A stretch of DNA of 64,000 bases from assembly GCA_051362555.1 (NCBI GenBank), contig CM120640.1, positions 45,672,788 to 45,736,787 on the forward strand, in the 5' to 3' direction. Origin of the DNA: Lingula anatina. Its lineage: Eukaryota; Animalia; Brachiopoda. How positions within the stretch are numbered: the stretch's first letter is position 1; every line of letters starts with the position of its first letter. This document shows, piece after piece, positions 1-14,400 of the stretch. The position numbers and the translations under genes were made by a program. The notes beneath the pieces are model-generated. The model was not told the origin of the DNA and did not search any database. It saw only the letters and a list, made by a program, of their open reading frames with translations.

Positions 1-1212
1 TTGCTTAAGTTTGATTATTCCTGTGGAGTTCCCACTCCTCCCCACCCAATAATAAAGACAAGCTAAACTGTGTTACTCAGTCACTGCCAGTTGATGAGAA
101 ATCAAATAAATATACTGATGAAAATACTGTCAAAAATAATACGACTAGACAGTAGATTGTGAAATATGCGCACTGTTACGAAGACTGCCATTTACTTGCT
201 GGCTTTAAAACAATACCCCAGTCAAAGACACAGAAAAAAAATCTTTTTTTCCATAATCACATGCATGCAGCATTTATTTGTAAAGGCATGATGTACCCTG
301 GCACCAAAGTATATACATATAAGCACAATCCAATGATACATCTGTAACATCATTCCATTTTTTAAATTATCAGCCACAGCGCAATTTTTTCATGTGCAAA
401 CAAGCATAATTGCATAATATTTTGACATTTATGGATTATAGTTCTTTATATAATTCTATATATATGATATACTGATTTAATCAAAAGCAAAACACTATAA
501 TTTTATAATCAAATTGAACATTGGTGAACAATTAAGGTCAGATATGAGTACAAGATATTATAGCACTAAGTGTGAGTGATGGCATAATGGTGCATCTTAA
601 ATCACTGGAAAATGTGTTCCTGTTCAAACTGTGGGTGATTGTGTGCCACACAAATTGCATCAGTCCATCACAGTATCTTCTCTTAAGTGTCATTCTGGAT
701 GCTCCTTCCTAATCTAGCACAACAGCAGTGCAAGAAGAGTTCCCCATAAGGGAAAATATAAAGAGAGTATGTTTACATGTTTCCAAAAAGATGCATCTTA
801 AATCATGTCAGAGGTTAAACAGACTGATATAGTCACACAAGTATTTGTGCTATTTGGGTGAATCAACACCCATCTTCTTGTATCAGCATGCAAAAACAAT
901 GCAACACACAAAATTGCAACCCATTCTCAGACACCAGCATGCCATGTGGGTTATATATATAACCCTCCCTCCAGCCAAATGGGTTAGAAACACATTTCTA
1001 TAAACTGCTTTGCCTAGCTGGTATACCAACTGTACCAACATGCTATGATGTGAGTTAGATAGAACACACCCATGCTTTCTCCCGAATATGCCACTTCTTA
1101 GGTGTCATCCCCTTAGCAGCAGCTGAGTCTGGCCTGGCTGGATTAGTAAACATATTGTTGGCAAAAAATGATTTATTACCATGGAAATGCATTGAGTGAA
1201 CAATATTTTAAC

Positions 1213-1314
1213 CTCGCAGGGCAAAAGACTAAGAGAGAACATTTTTCTGCTGGTGTCTGAGAAGGGGTCCTCAGGCGTCATGCTTTCTAGGTCACAATCT
1301 TGGATTCCGCTGGT
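1213..1314 (-). CDS. Candidate (possibly cassette) DMXL exon, TSGIQDCDLESMTPEDPFSDTSRKMFSLSLLPCE
   Basis: 102 nt, open, phase 0-0, matching the phase of the preceding exon (2427). It has a pyrimidine-rich acceptor (ttttgctttccatgcgtgatatcttcaatag), a GAG|gttaaa donor and locally raised GC. I recognise no homology. Confidence 0.55.
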
Positions 1315-2426
1315 CTATTGAAGATATCACGCATGGAAAGCAAAAACATGGTGTTATCATTATTTAATGTTTCCAGACTCTGGACAACTGTTTAGTAGCT
1401 GTTAATAAAATAAGGTCTTACTTTTTGCTTTATTCAGAGTGAATGGTAACTGAACAGCAGAAAAAGTGTATCTATTCAAAACCCCTCTGCCATAATATTT
1501 ACTGTTGTTTCTTGTCTAAAAATTCTTGGACACTTTGGTGCAGTCATACCCTTTCCTTAGTTCTTCATGCAATGAACACATGCACTCAATAGGATTACTT
1601 TGGTGCACTATGTTTAAAATACAGGAGTGCTAGACATTTATTTTTCTAGGGGTCTTTTTTTTTCTTTTTTTTTTTGAGAAAGTTCAGCATGAAATTTATC
1701 TTCTACTATGTAGGTGTCATTATAAGTAATTTTAATCAATTTTATCTTAATGTAATAAAAGGTCCAACTTCTCAGGGATTCAACATTCCATGATGCAACA
1801 CGAGTCCCTTTTTGGGCCCCTTTATAAATGTCTCACCTCACAAGGAGGTCAAAATATGCCCCATTAAGGCTGTTAATACTGTGAAAAGGTTTTAAGTCCA
1901 TACTTAAATTATCTAGAAAAATTTACAACATAAATACTGCAAAGTGTTAAAACTATAAAACTAGACAGTATATATATTTTTTTTATATTGCTGGAACACT
2001 TCAAAAACATGCATATTAAAGAGAGAGAGTTTTTTGTACTAATTCTATTCTTAAGCTAGCCCAGTGCCTATTCTCTCATTCTACATTAGTTTCAAGTTAT
2101 ACAGGAATGCATTCTTGTTAAGGTTATGTTCATCAAAGAATATTCAAATAAAGAGATACAGGACATGACACAGTATCATAGTTAAATTGTTATTACAGTC
2201 AACTAAGAAACGTCTAAATAACACAACACAATATATTCTTTTTCTGGTGCTAGGTAAGAAAAAAAAGCAATTTAAGAGACTTCACTACATGTTATGAAGA
2301 TGTGCACACAATGATTCTTTGATAATATCATTATCATAAAAAATGTACAGATTTCACAGCAGGACAACACAGAAACAAAGTAAACATCATTCAATAACAA
2401 CATGAACATGTCGTGAGTATAATTAC

Positions 2427-5400
2427 CATATCTGAGCCTGCCTGCTTCTTCTTGAAGATGTACCTAATGAAGACATCTTGCAGGTACTCAGTTCTCACCA
2501 AGTGCATCCACAGTCTCTTGGCTGGCATGGCTGAGTTCTGGGACCTAGAAAAGACAAGCAATACCAGAATTAATACATTATATTATATCAACAATGTTAA
2601 TTATATAAAATATATAGTACATAAACAGTAGACATATATAAAACATTATGTAAACAGCTTTCACCCTGAAACCAATAATCTGCTATTTGACAACTTAGAT
2701 CTGAGACATAATTATATATTGGTATGATAATCAACAAATACGTTGGCAATTTTCAATTTTTTAAAGACTGATTGGCTATAATATAACAGCAGAATTATTT
2801 GGCAAACAATAAATATAAATAAATAAATGGTATATTTTATAAACATGAAAATTATTTTCTGCATCAAATCAATGGTGTTTTGTTATTTCAGGTGCCTGGG
2901 TGACCCACTCCATGGGCACTGAGTTGCCCCTTAGGTTATATTAGCCCTGTTAAAGCATAAGAAATTTGATGAGTGTGAAATATACTTACACACACACAAA
3001 AAAAAAGCCATACATACATTTAAATCCAAGCTCATATTCAAGACAAAGTCTAGATACCCTATTTCATTCCTGGGTATAAAACAAATAACTCTGTGACTTC
3101 AAAAGAGGTCTTAGGTCTTGGAAAATGCAAAAATGTATGAATAAAAATCTGATTGCTGTATTTGTTCCTCGTATTCAGAAAAAATAAAGACCTGGAATAT
3201 CACTAGTACCAGAACTGTGCCATGGGATCCAATAAAAACACAAATGCCATTGATGCATGCTTGACACTAAGCCACCATCTACACAACTATTCAAATCATG
3301 CTGAAAACAGTTAGATATGTACAAGAAAAAGAAAAAAAAAGAAGAATGTGCTGTGCCTTAAGTTAACAAAAAGTCTTTTACATGCCCCAATACCCAAAAA
3401 AGTGGAAAATAAAGAAGGGAAATGAACATCTGTGGTGATTAAGTGGGGAAAAAAAGAAAAAAAGTGAAATTATCTTTCTAAAAAAAAAAAAAAAAAACTT
3501 ACGAAAATGGAGTATTGTGATGATCCCATAATTTCTGGAACCTAGAAATATTTACAACAGCATGCAATAAATACGTAATGTGCTTTTCAAAATCTGAGGA
3601 ATAAATCCATGCATCACTTGAATGTAGTGCATGTCACTTATCAAGCATCTTATGAGAATGAGCTCATTTTGATTTTAAAGATGAGCAAAAAAGCTGCACT
3701 GGAGAAAAAGAGGCAAAAACAAAATGTTATATTCAAAACTTGATTGTTCAGCCATACTGAACTGGCTATAGTTCCACATAAGATAATATTACTCCCTGAA
3801 GTATATAGACCCAGGACAATAAAATAAATGATGTTTAAATTCCAGAACTGTTATTACCACCAAAGTACGAAAAGTCTACAAAATCATTCATTTTGGAACA
3901 TAAAACATTTTACAGGAACCCCTTATCAGGACAAATTTAACATTGTTCAAGGTTTCTTAAATTCCAATTTCGAAGAGATATATGTAATGCAACTAATAGG
4001 GTGCAACAGCAAGAAGCTGTCCCTTTCATTTAAACTTGAAGGACAACTATTGAGAAGTACATAACAAAATTGTGAACACAGTTGTTTTATTCCTATGAAC
4101 ATAACACTTCTATAGCACTAGATGCATTACAACAGTAGATACTACCAACACAAACACTTAGTTTACATCCACCATAAGAAATAAATAGAACAGTTTCCCT
4201 AACACAGTCCAATATCTATATCACAACATCCTTGCAAAAACCAAAGACCAGATACAAACATTTTAATCTTTTCCACTCTATCTCAACATGTCTGGCAGAG
4301 TCACATAATACCCTACATGTCATTTTTCCCTGAAATTTTAAAACACTTGGCACCAGACTGTTCATTCCACATATCTCTATCTTATAAAATTCCCAAAGGG
4401 CTATACTACAATATTTTTCCATTTCAAATCACTTCTTTTATACCTGCCCATGAAAAAGGGTTTGAAAATATGCAACTGAATTTCTCGCTTATCTCTTTTC
4501 AACTAATATATAAGTATAAATCTAAATGATTTTTTTGAAGGGGAAACATTCTCATATACTTTTTTTACGTATTGATATATACAATGCATAAATATCCAAC
4601 TCTTTTTTTCATCTTCATAGACATAAAGAAAAACTGTGGAATGCCAATGTTAGAGTGTGTCTGTGTATACATGCCCAGAAGTGTGTGTACTTACACAAAT
4701 GGAGTATTGTAAGGCTCTAGCATGCCCTTATACTTGAGGATGGCCGGGCCTGATGTAGGCTCCATATAACAGCCAGGGATGTAGTTGTCTGGTGGTCCTC
4801 CATGCTGTACCAGTTTTCTCTTCAGTGTTAGCTGCCATCTTTCCAGTGACTTCAAGGTGGCATGGAGGAGAGGGGAGGCTACTGGCAGGTCTGGAAGGAA
4901 ACTCAGATATGTACAATGTGACAAATGAATCAGGTCTACATGAGAATGAAAGGAGTAATCTGGGTCACTGGAAGACATGCGGATACAGGTGATGGCATTA
5001 AAAAAGAAAATGTTTTTTTAATTCATCTATTAAATATTAATAATTCAATTTAAGGTTACAGCTTTTACGATGGAGCATTTGGAGAAAAAACTCTTGTTAT
5101 ATGACTAACAAAAATACTTCTCATACCTTGCAGCTCTAGCCCTGCTATTGGCAAAAAGGTCAGGAAGGAATGGCAGGCATATTTGACCAGGGCATATCTC
5201 ATCAAACACCAGCTGTAGGAGTCTGGGTCCAGATGTTCCTGCATACGGGGGTCTGGCTCCCTAAAAATTGATATTGACATACTTAATGTATTTGTAGCAT
5301 ACCATCATGTTAAAATACTACATGATTTTGTAATATTCCATGCCCAACTTTAATAATTCAGTAGTACCAACTTACTTTTCTTTCTTAGGAGGACCAGACA

Positions 5401-8400
5401 AGTAAGAGTCATAATCCTCCTCCTCACTGCTGTCATCCTCACTGGTGCTGTCCAAAACATCTTCCTCACTGTCATAGTCCACTCCAGACTCCTCACGGGC
5501 TACCATGGGCTGGAACAGGAATGAGTGCAAAATAATCACAGAGAAAGACACAGGTAGAAAGTATTTTGGTATAGGAAATCATATTTGAAAGAAATTAGAA
5601 AAGTGTTTTGATTTATCTACCCACTATATTTAAATATGAGGGGAAATGTTAAAATTTAAACTGAGAGAAACAGGGGTACATCACATTTAATACAGGAGTT
5701 TGAGTTTGATAAAAATCTGAGGTAATATGGTATATACACGTTACTAACCAGTACAGAAAGCATATGCACATGTACACGTATCCTTTGTATTGACAATATT
5801 TTTTATTTAAAAATCTTCTGTATGTAATTTTTCTTATCTTCTTATTGTAAGAGAACAAACTGCAATACAGAAGCTATTTCCTCACACAATACACAAAAAT
5901 CATTTTTCAGACATGAATCCAACATCCTTCTTACTTTTGCCATGAAATAATTGACCATGCTCATCTCAGGGGCCACAAACTTCTCATGATATGAGGGCTT
6001 GTTATCCTGGGGGCGTTTCTGCTCCTGTGGTCTCCCCATTACCCGACCCATGAATTTCATCCTCTGCTTGGTGGCTTCATTTGAGTCAGGTTTTTCTTTA
6101 TGAGAGAAGACAGAGGGGCAATTTAACAGTGGCATTAACTTTTGAAATTTGAATAATTTTTTTTTTTGTACACAAACAAATTTATTTAGTTATCAGTATA
6201 TGAAAAATTTGATTCACACATTCTGAAAAGCATGTCAAATGTAATGTGAAAAGAAAACAAAACAAATTCATAAAACTGTAATCAAAGTACAAGCTTACAT
6301 TGTGGACACTGTACATATCAATGATTCATATCTTTGTAAAATAATGTAATATTCTTTAAAATTCAATTTAAAACTTAAGTTTTCTCTTCAACAATAATAA
6401 CCTAACAGCAAACCATGTTAAGCTCAAAATCTCTTTCTATAAACAAAATAACACACAAAAAAATCATTACTGAGTGAGCAACCACTGGACTGACTTACTG
6501 AGGGAGCTTATCAAAGGACTCCCCTGTGACATAGACACCAGCTGTCTCAGCCCTCCTCCAAACAGCAGTCCCCACATCTGCTCATTGATAGGGTGAGATA
6601 TCAGCCTGTACAGTATGTTGGCCTCATAGATAGACATGGCATAGATGAGCAAGCTGACATACACCGCGACCAGGGCCTCACACAACAGTATGGTCAGCTT
6701 GGGGCAGTCAATGTCCTTTTCTTTGTGCAATAAATTTCTGAGCTGGGTCACACCTGTCAAAGAGATGTCAGTGAGACTCTGTCAGTTTAAAAGATACAGG
6801 CATAACAAACAAGAAATACAATAACTTGTATTAAACTGCATGATTATCACTAAAAATTGATTTAGAATCATCTAATTGCATAAAATCAAAATAACAGCAA
6901 AGAGAGAGTCTATTCCCCTGCCTTATCCCCTATTTTTCACCAGCTTCTTACCTGGCCACTTGCCGGGCGAGGTGTTGGGTTTCTCCTCAGCTGCACCAAA
7001 ACTCCTGTGCCTCTTCCTGATGGCTCCAGCCATGAGATGTGTGTCTTGGTATACCACAGATGTACTGAAATACAAAATTAGTATTGTTACTCTTCTCTTT
7101 ATTTAACTGGCACTGAAATTGTTTGTCTTGGGACTGCTTATAAATATGAAAAACTGACAAAAACAACTATCAGTCATTTACAATGGATCTTTTAGAAGTG
7201 CTCTTGAATGACACAAAAAACAGGAATTATTATTCACAATTCAGTTGTGTAGGATATTCAGTCAGGGTCCTCTCACCTTGTAAACCCCCAGAGTCCTACA
7301 TCCACCTTATCTGACATAGAGATGACAAAGTTATCGCTGTCACACAGGCACTGGTATATACATGCTGACAGTGCAGCACTCAGGTTCCGTAACACAAACA
7401 CTCTATCCAGCATGTTATCAATGTATGGAGGGTGCTTGAACTCGATGATTGTCTGAAGAATATCCCAGGTCATGCTCTGCAGGTGTTGGATTGGATCCGC
7501 CATGACGGTTTTTGAGCTGGCCACACCTGCAGATAGGAGAGGGAGGGTGGTTGGGAAAGGTAAGGGAGAGAGGAGCTGTCTCTGGACATTATCCTGGTGT
7601 AACTCCTGAAGCAATAATGTGAGCTCCATTCTGACAGAGGCCAAACCTCCTCCCGAGGCTCCATGCAAACTGCAGTACGTGGCAAAAGTTCTTAAGAGAT
7701 GTTGATGTATTTTCAGCCATTCTTTCCTCCTTTGCGCTCTCTCCAGCTTGGCCTCGAAGTTCATCTTCTCCACTTTGATCACCTCAGCTAGAGTGCTAGC
7801 AATGCTGGGTCGACGCTCTCTGGCATGTGGTGGTGGTGAAAGTAAACTGTCAGCGCTGGCACGTCGGGCAGGTGTGTAGGTGTCTTCCTCACAACTCTCT
7901 GTGTCGTCAGGCTGTGCTTCTGCTGGAAAGTTTTCAAGATAAGTAATAATACACTTTAGTTAAGCAACTATATAATGTTTCTAATACTAAATGCATTTTT
8001 GAAAGTTTATGTCTAACTCTGGTGAATTATTGGCTTCTTTCATTTTACAACAACTAGAAGCCATACATATTGTCTCTGAAAGATAGCTTACAAGAATTAC
8101 AGTATGGATCTATAATGTACTGCATGCTATCAATTAACAGAGTATATTATATAATTGTTAATTCTCAGAAAACCTTATCACATCACCAACAAGATTGTAG
8201 ATTATCATTACTTTATTTTTGGTTCACAAAAATTCTAGAACAGAAAAATCTAAACACCTAAAGTAGCTGGTGTTTCCATCAAGTCTGGTTGGGTTCCTGT
8301 CTCCAGCTCTCCACCTCCATAATTACACAGGGTTTTCAAACACTCCACTTCCTTCTCCAACCAAGTGTACAAGTGACACCTCAACTGACCACCGTCCACC

Positions 8401-11400
8401 TCAAACCCTGTGGCCAGAGTGGACAAATTCTCCATCAAAATCTTCAAACAGGCAATATATTTCAGTTGCTGTGCCATGATATCTGTTGTTGTGTGTTGGT
8501 CGCTTGTGTTGACATCGCCTTCAGTTTGGTCCTCTGCCTCTGTGTCAGAGTCTGCATTGGAGGACTTGTCCGTTTTTAACACAATGCCACCTACGAAAAT
8601 TAGGATAAATGACATAATCAGTGTAATTGAATAACAGTTTTGTATAACACTGATGTAAAATAGTCACCTCATACAAAATCTCACTTGAACTGTGTGCATA
8701 ACATTTTCGCAAACCCAGAGGTGTGATAATATCATAAAATAGCAATATGAAATATTGAAATGGTAACCTAAACCAACTTCACTTTCAAATCAACTTCAAG
8801 AAAACATATATAGATCAATTAAACAACGTCTATTACTATTAGTAAAAACACCGCAAATATACACCTTTAGTGCTGATACAGCAAAAGGTAAATTTTAGAA
8901 GTATTTGATAATTTTAAGATCAGTTTACATCAGCTGTATTGGTCTAACCTTCATCAGAAGAATCACTTGAGGATCCATCATCTCCATTAACTTTGAAGTC
9001 CATCTCAAGCTCATCATCAAACCTAGAAGACAATCCTTTATTCATAGGTTGGGACCAATCAAAAGTGTCAGCTTTTTGCTGTGTCACAGGAGTTGACCAA
9101 TCAAAAGCATCAGCTTTCTGCTGTGTTGTGGGGGTTGACCAATCAAATGATGCAACAGAATTGTTTTTAGAATTAGGCAGGCTGCCAGCATCTTCAGCTA
9201 TGCTGGCTAGTACTGACTGTGGTAACTCCAGGGTCCCTGTGTCTACAATAGATTTACTTCTGAATTGTTTTTTCATAAAATCCTCTTCCTCATCCTCCTC
9301 TCTTGCTATAACATCAGGTAACTTGGTAAGCACTTCTAAAGCCAGCAGTGGACAGCCAGCCTTCAAATGGGTGTGAGCAGTGTGAAAGAACAGTCTTCTT
9401 TCAATAGGTGTGATAGTATCCACATACGACACATGCTTGTCTGAGACCACATCTTGTTTCCTACCATGGCTGAATCCAGACAGAAGCACAGTAGTGTGGG
9501 ACTCCTGGGCTGTGGTGGCCAGGTGCTGACGTATCAACAAGGGGTGAGTCCTTAGATAGTTATAAAAATTAAATACACTAGCTTTGGCAGCATATGACCC
9601 AACATCCTCGTCCTCTTCCACTGAGTCAATATCGTTCCTGTTAACGCCACGAAAATTTGATGACGTTTTCTGCAGGAGGGTGTTCAGAGCGTTTTTGTAC
9701 TCCTTCATCCTCCAGTACGCCATGCTGCGAAGGAAGGGGTCTGGATGTACTCTATCCAGGTCAGGATTTTCTCCATTATCATCCAGTCCTAGAATCTCCC
9801 TGTAGAAGAGTTTCTTTACACTGGGAGCCATGGATTCTTCCGAGCCTAGTTCTGTTTCATGGAGGGTGGCAATCACAAAAGCCAACTGCAGGTCCTTCAG
9901 CTGGTTGATACACACCTGGAGATAAAAACATGTGCCAAAGAGTCTTGACTAAATGGGTAGTGTTACATACACATAAAAATAGACTTTTATGAATTGTATC
10001 ATCTGTGTACATTGCAGTTAAAAAGAGAAGTTGGGTTCTGACCAGATAATACAAGATTTTAAAGAGATTACACAAAAAACTGAAGTGAGCTCTTTAACTA
10101 GAGTTAAATCATAATTTGCAATCATAAATGAAAGAAATTTATCCTTCTTTTTTGTGTAAGATGCTCTATTTCTATTTTCAACAGACTAGACATTATTTGA
10201 AGTAAGAAAGAAAAAAAAAGTAACCTCCAAAGCATCCTTCAGGGCCCCAGCTAACAAGAAGAATGCAGCAGAATGTTCAAATCTCTGTAATCCCAACAGT
10301 GCAAAGGCATTCTTAAGAGCAGCCTTCCTCCAGCGATCTTCTGAGAAATTATTCTTGAAGAAATCCACCATCTTCTTGTTGTTCACAGATCTTAAAGAAA
10401 AAGAAGGAATCAGATTGTTAGATATGTATTATACACTTTGCCAAACTTTCAAATACAATCTGGTCATCTGGATCTGGGCTCACCACAGGATAAAATTTCT
10501 TTTTTTAAAATGGTTGAAGAATTTCAGCTAAAAAGTGAATATTTCATCATTTCATTAGAAAAACCAGAATATGTACTTAAATTTGTCATGTTCACACATT
10601 TATTCACAATGAAACAGATTTAGCTATCCAAAATGTAAGGGCTACCCAAATCAGAATAAGGAAAATCCACCATTTTTTCCTTTTTATGACATACAAAACT
10701 TCCTTCAGAAAATCTTTTGATCAAATTCCTATACACTATCTACATATTTACAGGTATTACCTGTAAAGCCCCCACACTACATTCTTCTTCTTCATAGCCA
10801 GGTAGTATATGGCAGCATCAAGAGGGTCAGACTTCTGCTGGAAGGCAGCTCTGGCAAGCTGTGCAGAATAAAATAACATCAACAAATTACATCTTATTGA
10901 AGTGTGTTCGATATGATAAAAATTCAAAATCTCTGCGCCCCCCCCCCCCCCCCAAGTCTCAACCTGATACATTAATTCTATACAAACTATAATTCTACAA
11001 AATAATTATGCCAAACAGTTAGAAACAATGGATAGTACTTTATAATCATCTTTCAAAAATGTATCTTTCATAAAATTCTACATTAAAATGTTTTACCTTT
11101 TCATGACACGTGAGTGACAAACACAAAGGTGATTTTATCTGTTTATTGTGTAAGAAGAACTATATTATACATAGCTCATCAATTAAATTCTGTTCATATT
11201 GTGCAAGTAGAAACAAATCACCTGTTCTATACATCTCCTGAGGATGGTGGTGTTGGTGAGCCACCAGCCAACTCCAAACTGCCTCAGCTCTGACCATGTT
11301 GGCTTCTCCTTCTGCATACAGGGGATCATGGCCAGAAGTTCCTGTAATAGCAAAAAACAAATATAGTACAAATGTGTGACATCCAAATTGTAGAAAGGAG

Positions 11401-14400
11401 TTACTTAGATGGGCTAGTGGAATACAATTTTTTCATCCTCTCCCTTAATTAACTACATGATATCAGTACAGACTTCTTTTTCAAAATATGCACAGTTACT
11501 GTAATGGTTACCTCTTGTGCTTCTGAATGAAAAGCCCAAATAACGTCAGCTGGAGAAAGGCCTTGAGCATGCAGCATGGTTCTTGAGCGTATGGGGAGGA
11601 TACGTAGCAAATACATGTGACGACGCATGGCCAGTAGGAAACGAAGACCACACTCATCAACAGCATCTGAAATACCATAATATCAATTCATATGAACCAA
11701 TCAATATAAACTGGTGTCTTTAAATGTAATTAGTAGTAATAGTTTTCCTTTAAGGCAGAATATTTGAACAGGTAAGTAAGATACAAGTGAAGTGCATTTT
11801 TAGGAGGTAATAATAATCATCATGATCATCATCATTGTTTTGATTGTCATTATCATTATCATTATTATATTCAGTAGTTTATTTGCATATATCTTTCTTC
11901 ACACATCTTCTCAAAAATCTAATTTTCTTACCAGGAGAAACCAGGTATTAACTGTGAAGAGTCAGCTGTATTTCTTACCTGTGACAACAGGAGTCCCTCC
12001 AGCTGAAGCATAGCCACTGGTAGCAGAGCTGCCACGCAGAGATCCCACAAAACCTAAACAAGTTCAATAAAGGATTTCTTAACATGTGTTCACCAATCCG
12101 TAACTATGAAAGTGGCTTCATTTGCTGATGGCGACTTGACAGACCAGACACCAAAATATTAGAGAAAAAAAAATTGAAACCATTAAGTTAACAAAGCAAA
12201 CAATTCATGCATGCCACATAATATTACCACAAAGGAGATATGTTCTTTATTGCTTGCACATGAAAAAGGAATATATTGAGGTATACAAGGTTACATTTGG
12301 GAAAAGTATGGAAGAAAACAATGGAGGTAATATGAAATATAAAATAGATATTAGTGTTAACTTGTGCAAGTGTTATGTATGTTTTGCTGGTGTAATCCAA
12401 GTTTGTTGAAACTATAATATGCTTACTGTGACTTTGGCTCAAATCTTTTTCACTCATCTCAGACTTCATACTGGCCACAGTATCTGCAAGGGCCAGCAGG
12501 TACATCTGGTCAAGACTGGACAGTCCAGGCAAGTGGATATGGGTCAGATGGTTGGTCAGCAGCGTGGCCTCAGCTGACCCAAAGTGATGCTGGTTGGCTT
12601 GGCTCTTTGAGCTGGATCGAATACGTACAGTGGGGCTACCGTCATGGAGCAGGTCATCTGCAAAAGGGTCGTCCCCCGACATGACGTCAGTTTTGAACAA
12701 GTCCGAGTAGTCTTGCCCTTGTAATGAAGTACCTGTAACAGAAAATATCAAATTCCATAATTCAACAATTCAAGTTATATATCCAAAGTCTGTATAAAAG
12801 TAATGTTTCAAAACCTATGTGTAGCGTAACATTAATTTATAAAAAGCTATCCAAATGTTAGAAAAAGAACTTATAGCTTACATATAATTACTACTACTAG
12901 ACGTGCCCCAGAGCAGCATACCAGGTACCATTAATTATATACATTTCGTGTAATTCAACTCCATACCATGAGTATCTACAGCATTTCCAGCATTATCATT
13001 CACAGCATTGTCAGCAGCAAGTAGTGCATGGAGTGGCAGGGGAGGAATGGATGTGATCTCTATGTAGTCAAGGTGGGTCTCCTCTGGTATGGCAGGGCCC
13101 CTCTCTACCCCGGGACTGCCCACTGATATAGACCTCTGTAGTATACTGCTACTGGAGGGCTCCTCAGAATTGTCCATTGTGCCTCCTTGGGCCCCATTGC
13201 TACCACTTATACACCGAATCAGATGAGCAAGAATGGCTTTCACACGGCGCAGCTTCCCAAAGTTGAGCAACTCCAAGATTTGTTTGGGGTGATACTGTGG
13301 CAGCACTGGGTTGGCCATCTTGGCTGCTTCAAACAGCCCCACATCTTGGATGAGTGTAAGGCTTGTTGTGCTGTCATTGTCGTCCATGGTGCCAATCTGC
13401 TTCATAGACAATTTCTTCCTTGATAATCTATTACTCACAAAATCATTGGTACTGCTGTCTTTTTGTGTTAGTTTTCTTCCTTCAGGGACCTTCATGGATC
13501 TTGACTCCTGTCTGTTTGGTGATGTTCCTTGCTGCAGTGCTATCAGGCTGGGCACAGAGTATGAAACTTTGAACCCAGTGGTGGACTTGATCTTAGAGAG
13601 ATTAGCCGAGGTAGCAGCAGTGGTAAGGTTTTGTTCTGGTAAAGTTCTCGAATCTGCCTCGTCCGAAAACTGGCTGTGGTAGGTATTGGCTGCTATGTGA
13701 TCCAGGATACCCTCCCAGGGACCTTTCCATTGGGAATACACATGCATCTCATTGTCCATGCCCACGACCAAGATCCCTTCTCTTGCCCATGTTATGTGCA
13801 TGGGAAGTGGTGGTAACCCATCTGCTGTGCTTAGTTCTATAGTACGCAACTTCATCCACCTAATCTCCTGCACATAGTTTTGCACAGTCATAGACTTGCT
13901 CTTCTGTAGTATACCTCTTCTATTAGCCTCAACCTTGGCCAATAAATCCTTCTGTGTTGCTTGTGAGATCTCACTTGACACTGGGGCGTACATCATAATC
14001 CGTGACCCTACACCGACGGTCAGAATATGAGACCCGTCCTCGGTGGACACCCAGTCTAATTGCACCAAATGTTTCTGTTTTAATATCCCAGCCTTATTTC
14101 CCTTCTCTCCTATAGATCGTTTCACACTATTGATAGTGCTTAAACTGGGTATAGACATAATACGGGTGAGACTGGAGTGAGACTGAGAGGGCGCCAACCC
14201 CAGGCTTAGTTTTGTGAAGTCCTCATTGGAGTTGATATGGGACAATCTCTTCTCCACGTCATTGATGTAGCTGAGGTCTATCTCAGTTTTGGGGTCTGGT
14301 ATAGGGATGTTGTTCAGTTGAATGGTGTCCTCTAGTGTCCACTCTGAGCCACCTTGATAAAAAAGTATACAAATAAATAAACGTGTGAAATCTTGTGACT

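Noticed and set aside
11932-11978. Second donor (ctg|gtaag) ~47 nt downstream of DMXL exon 11979-12053
   Set aside because: The extension contains an in-frame TGA, and the candidate micro-exon lengths are not multiples of 3.
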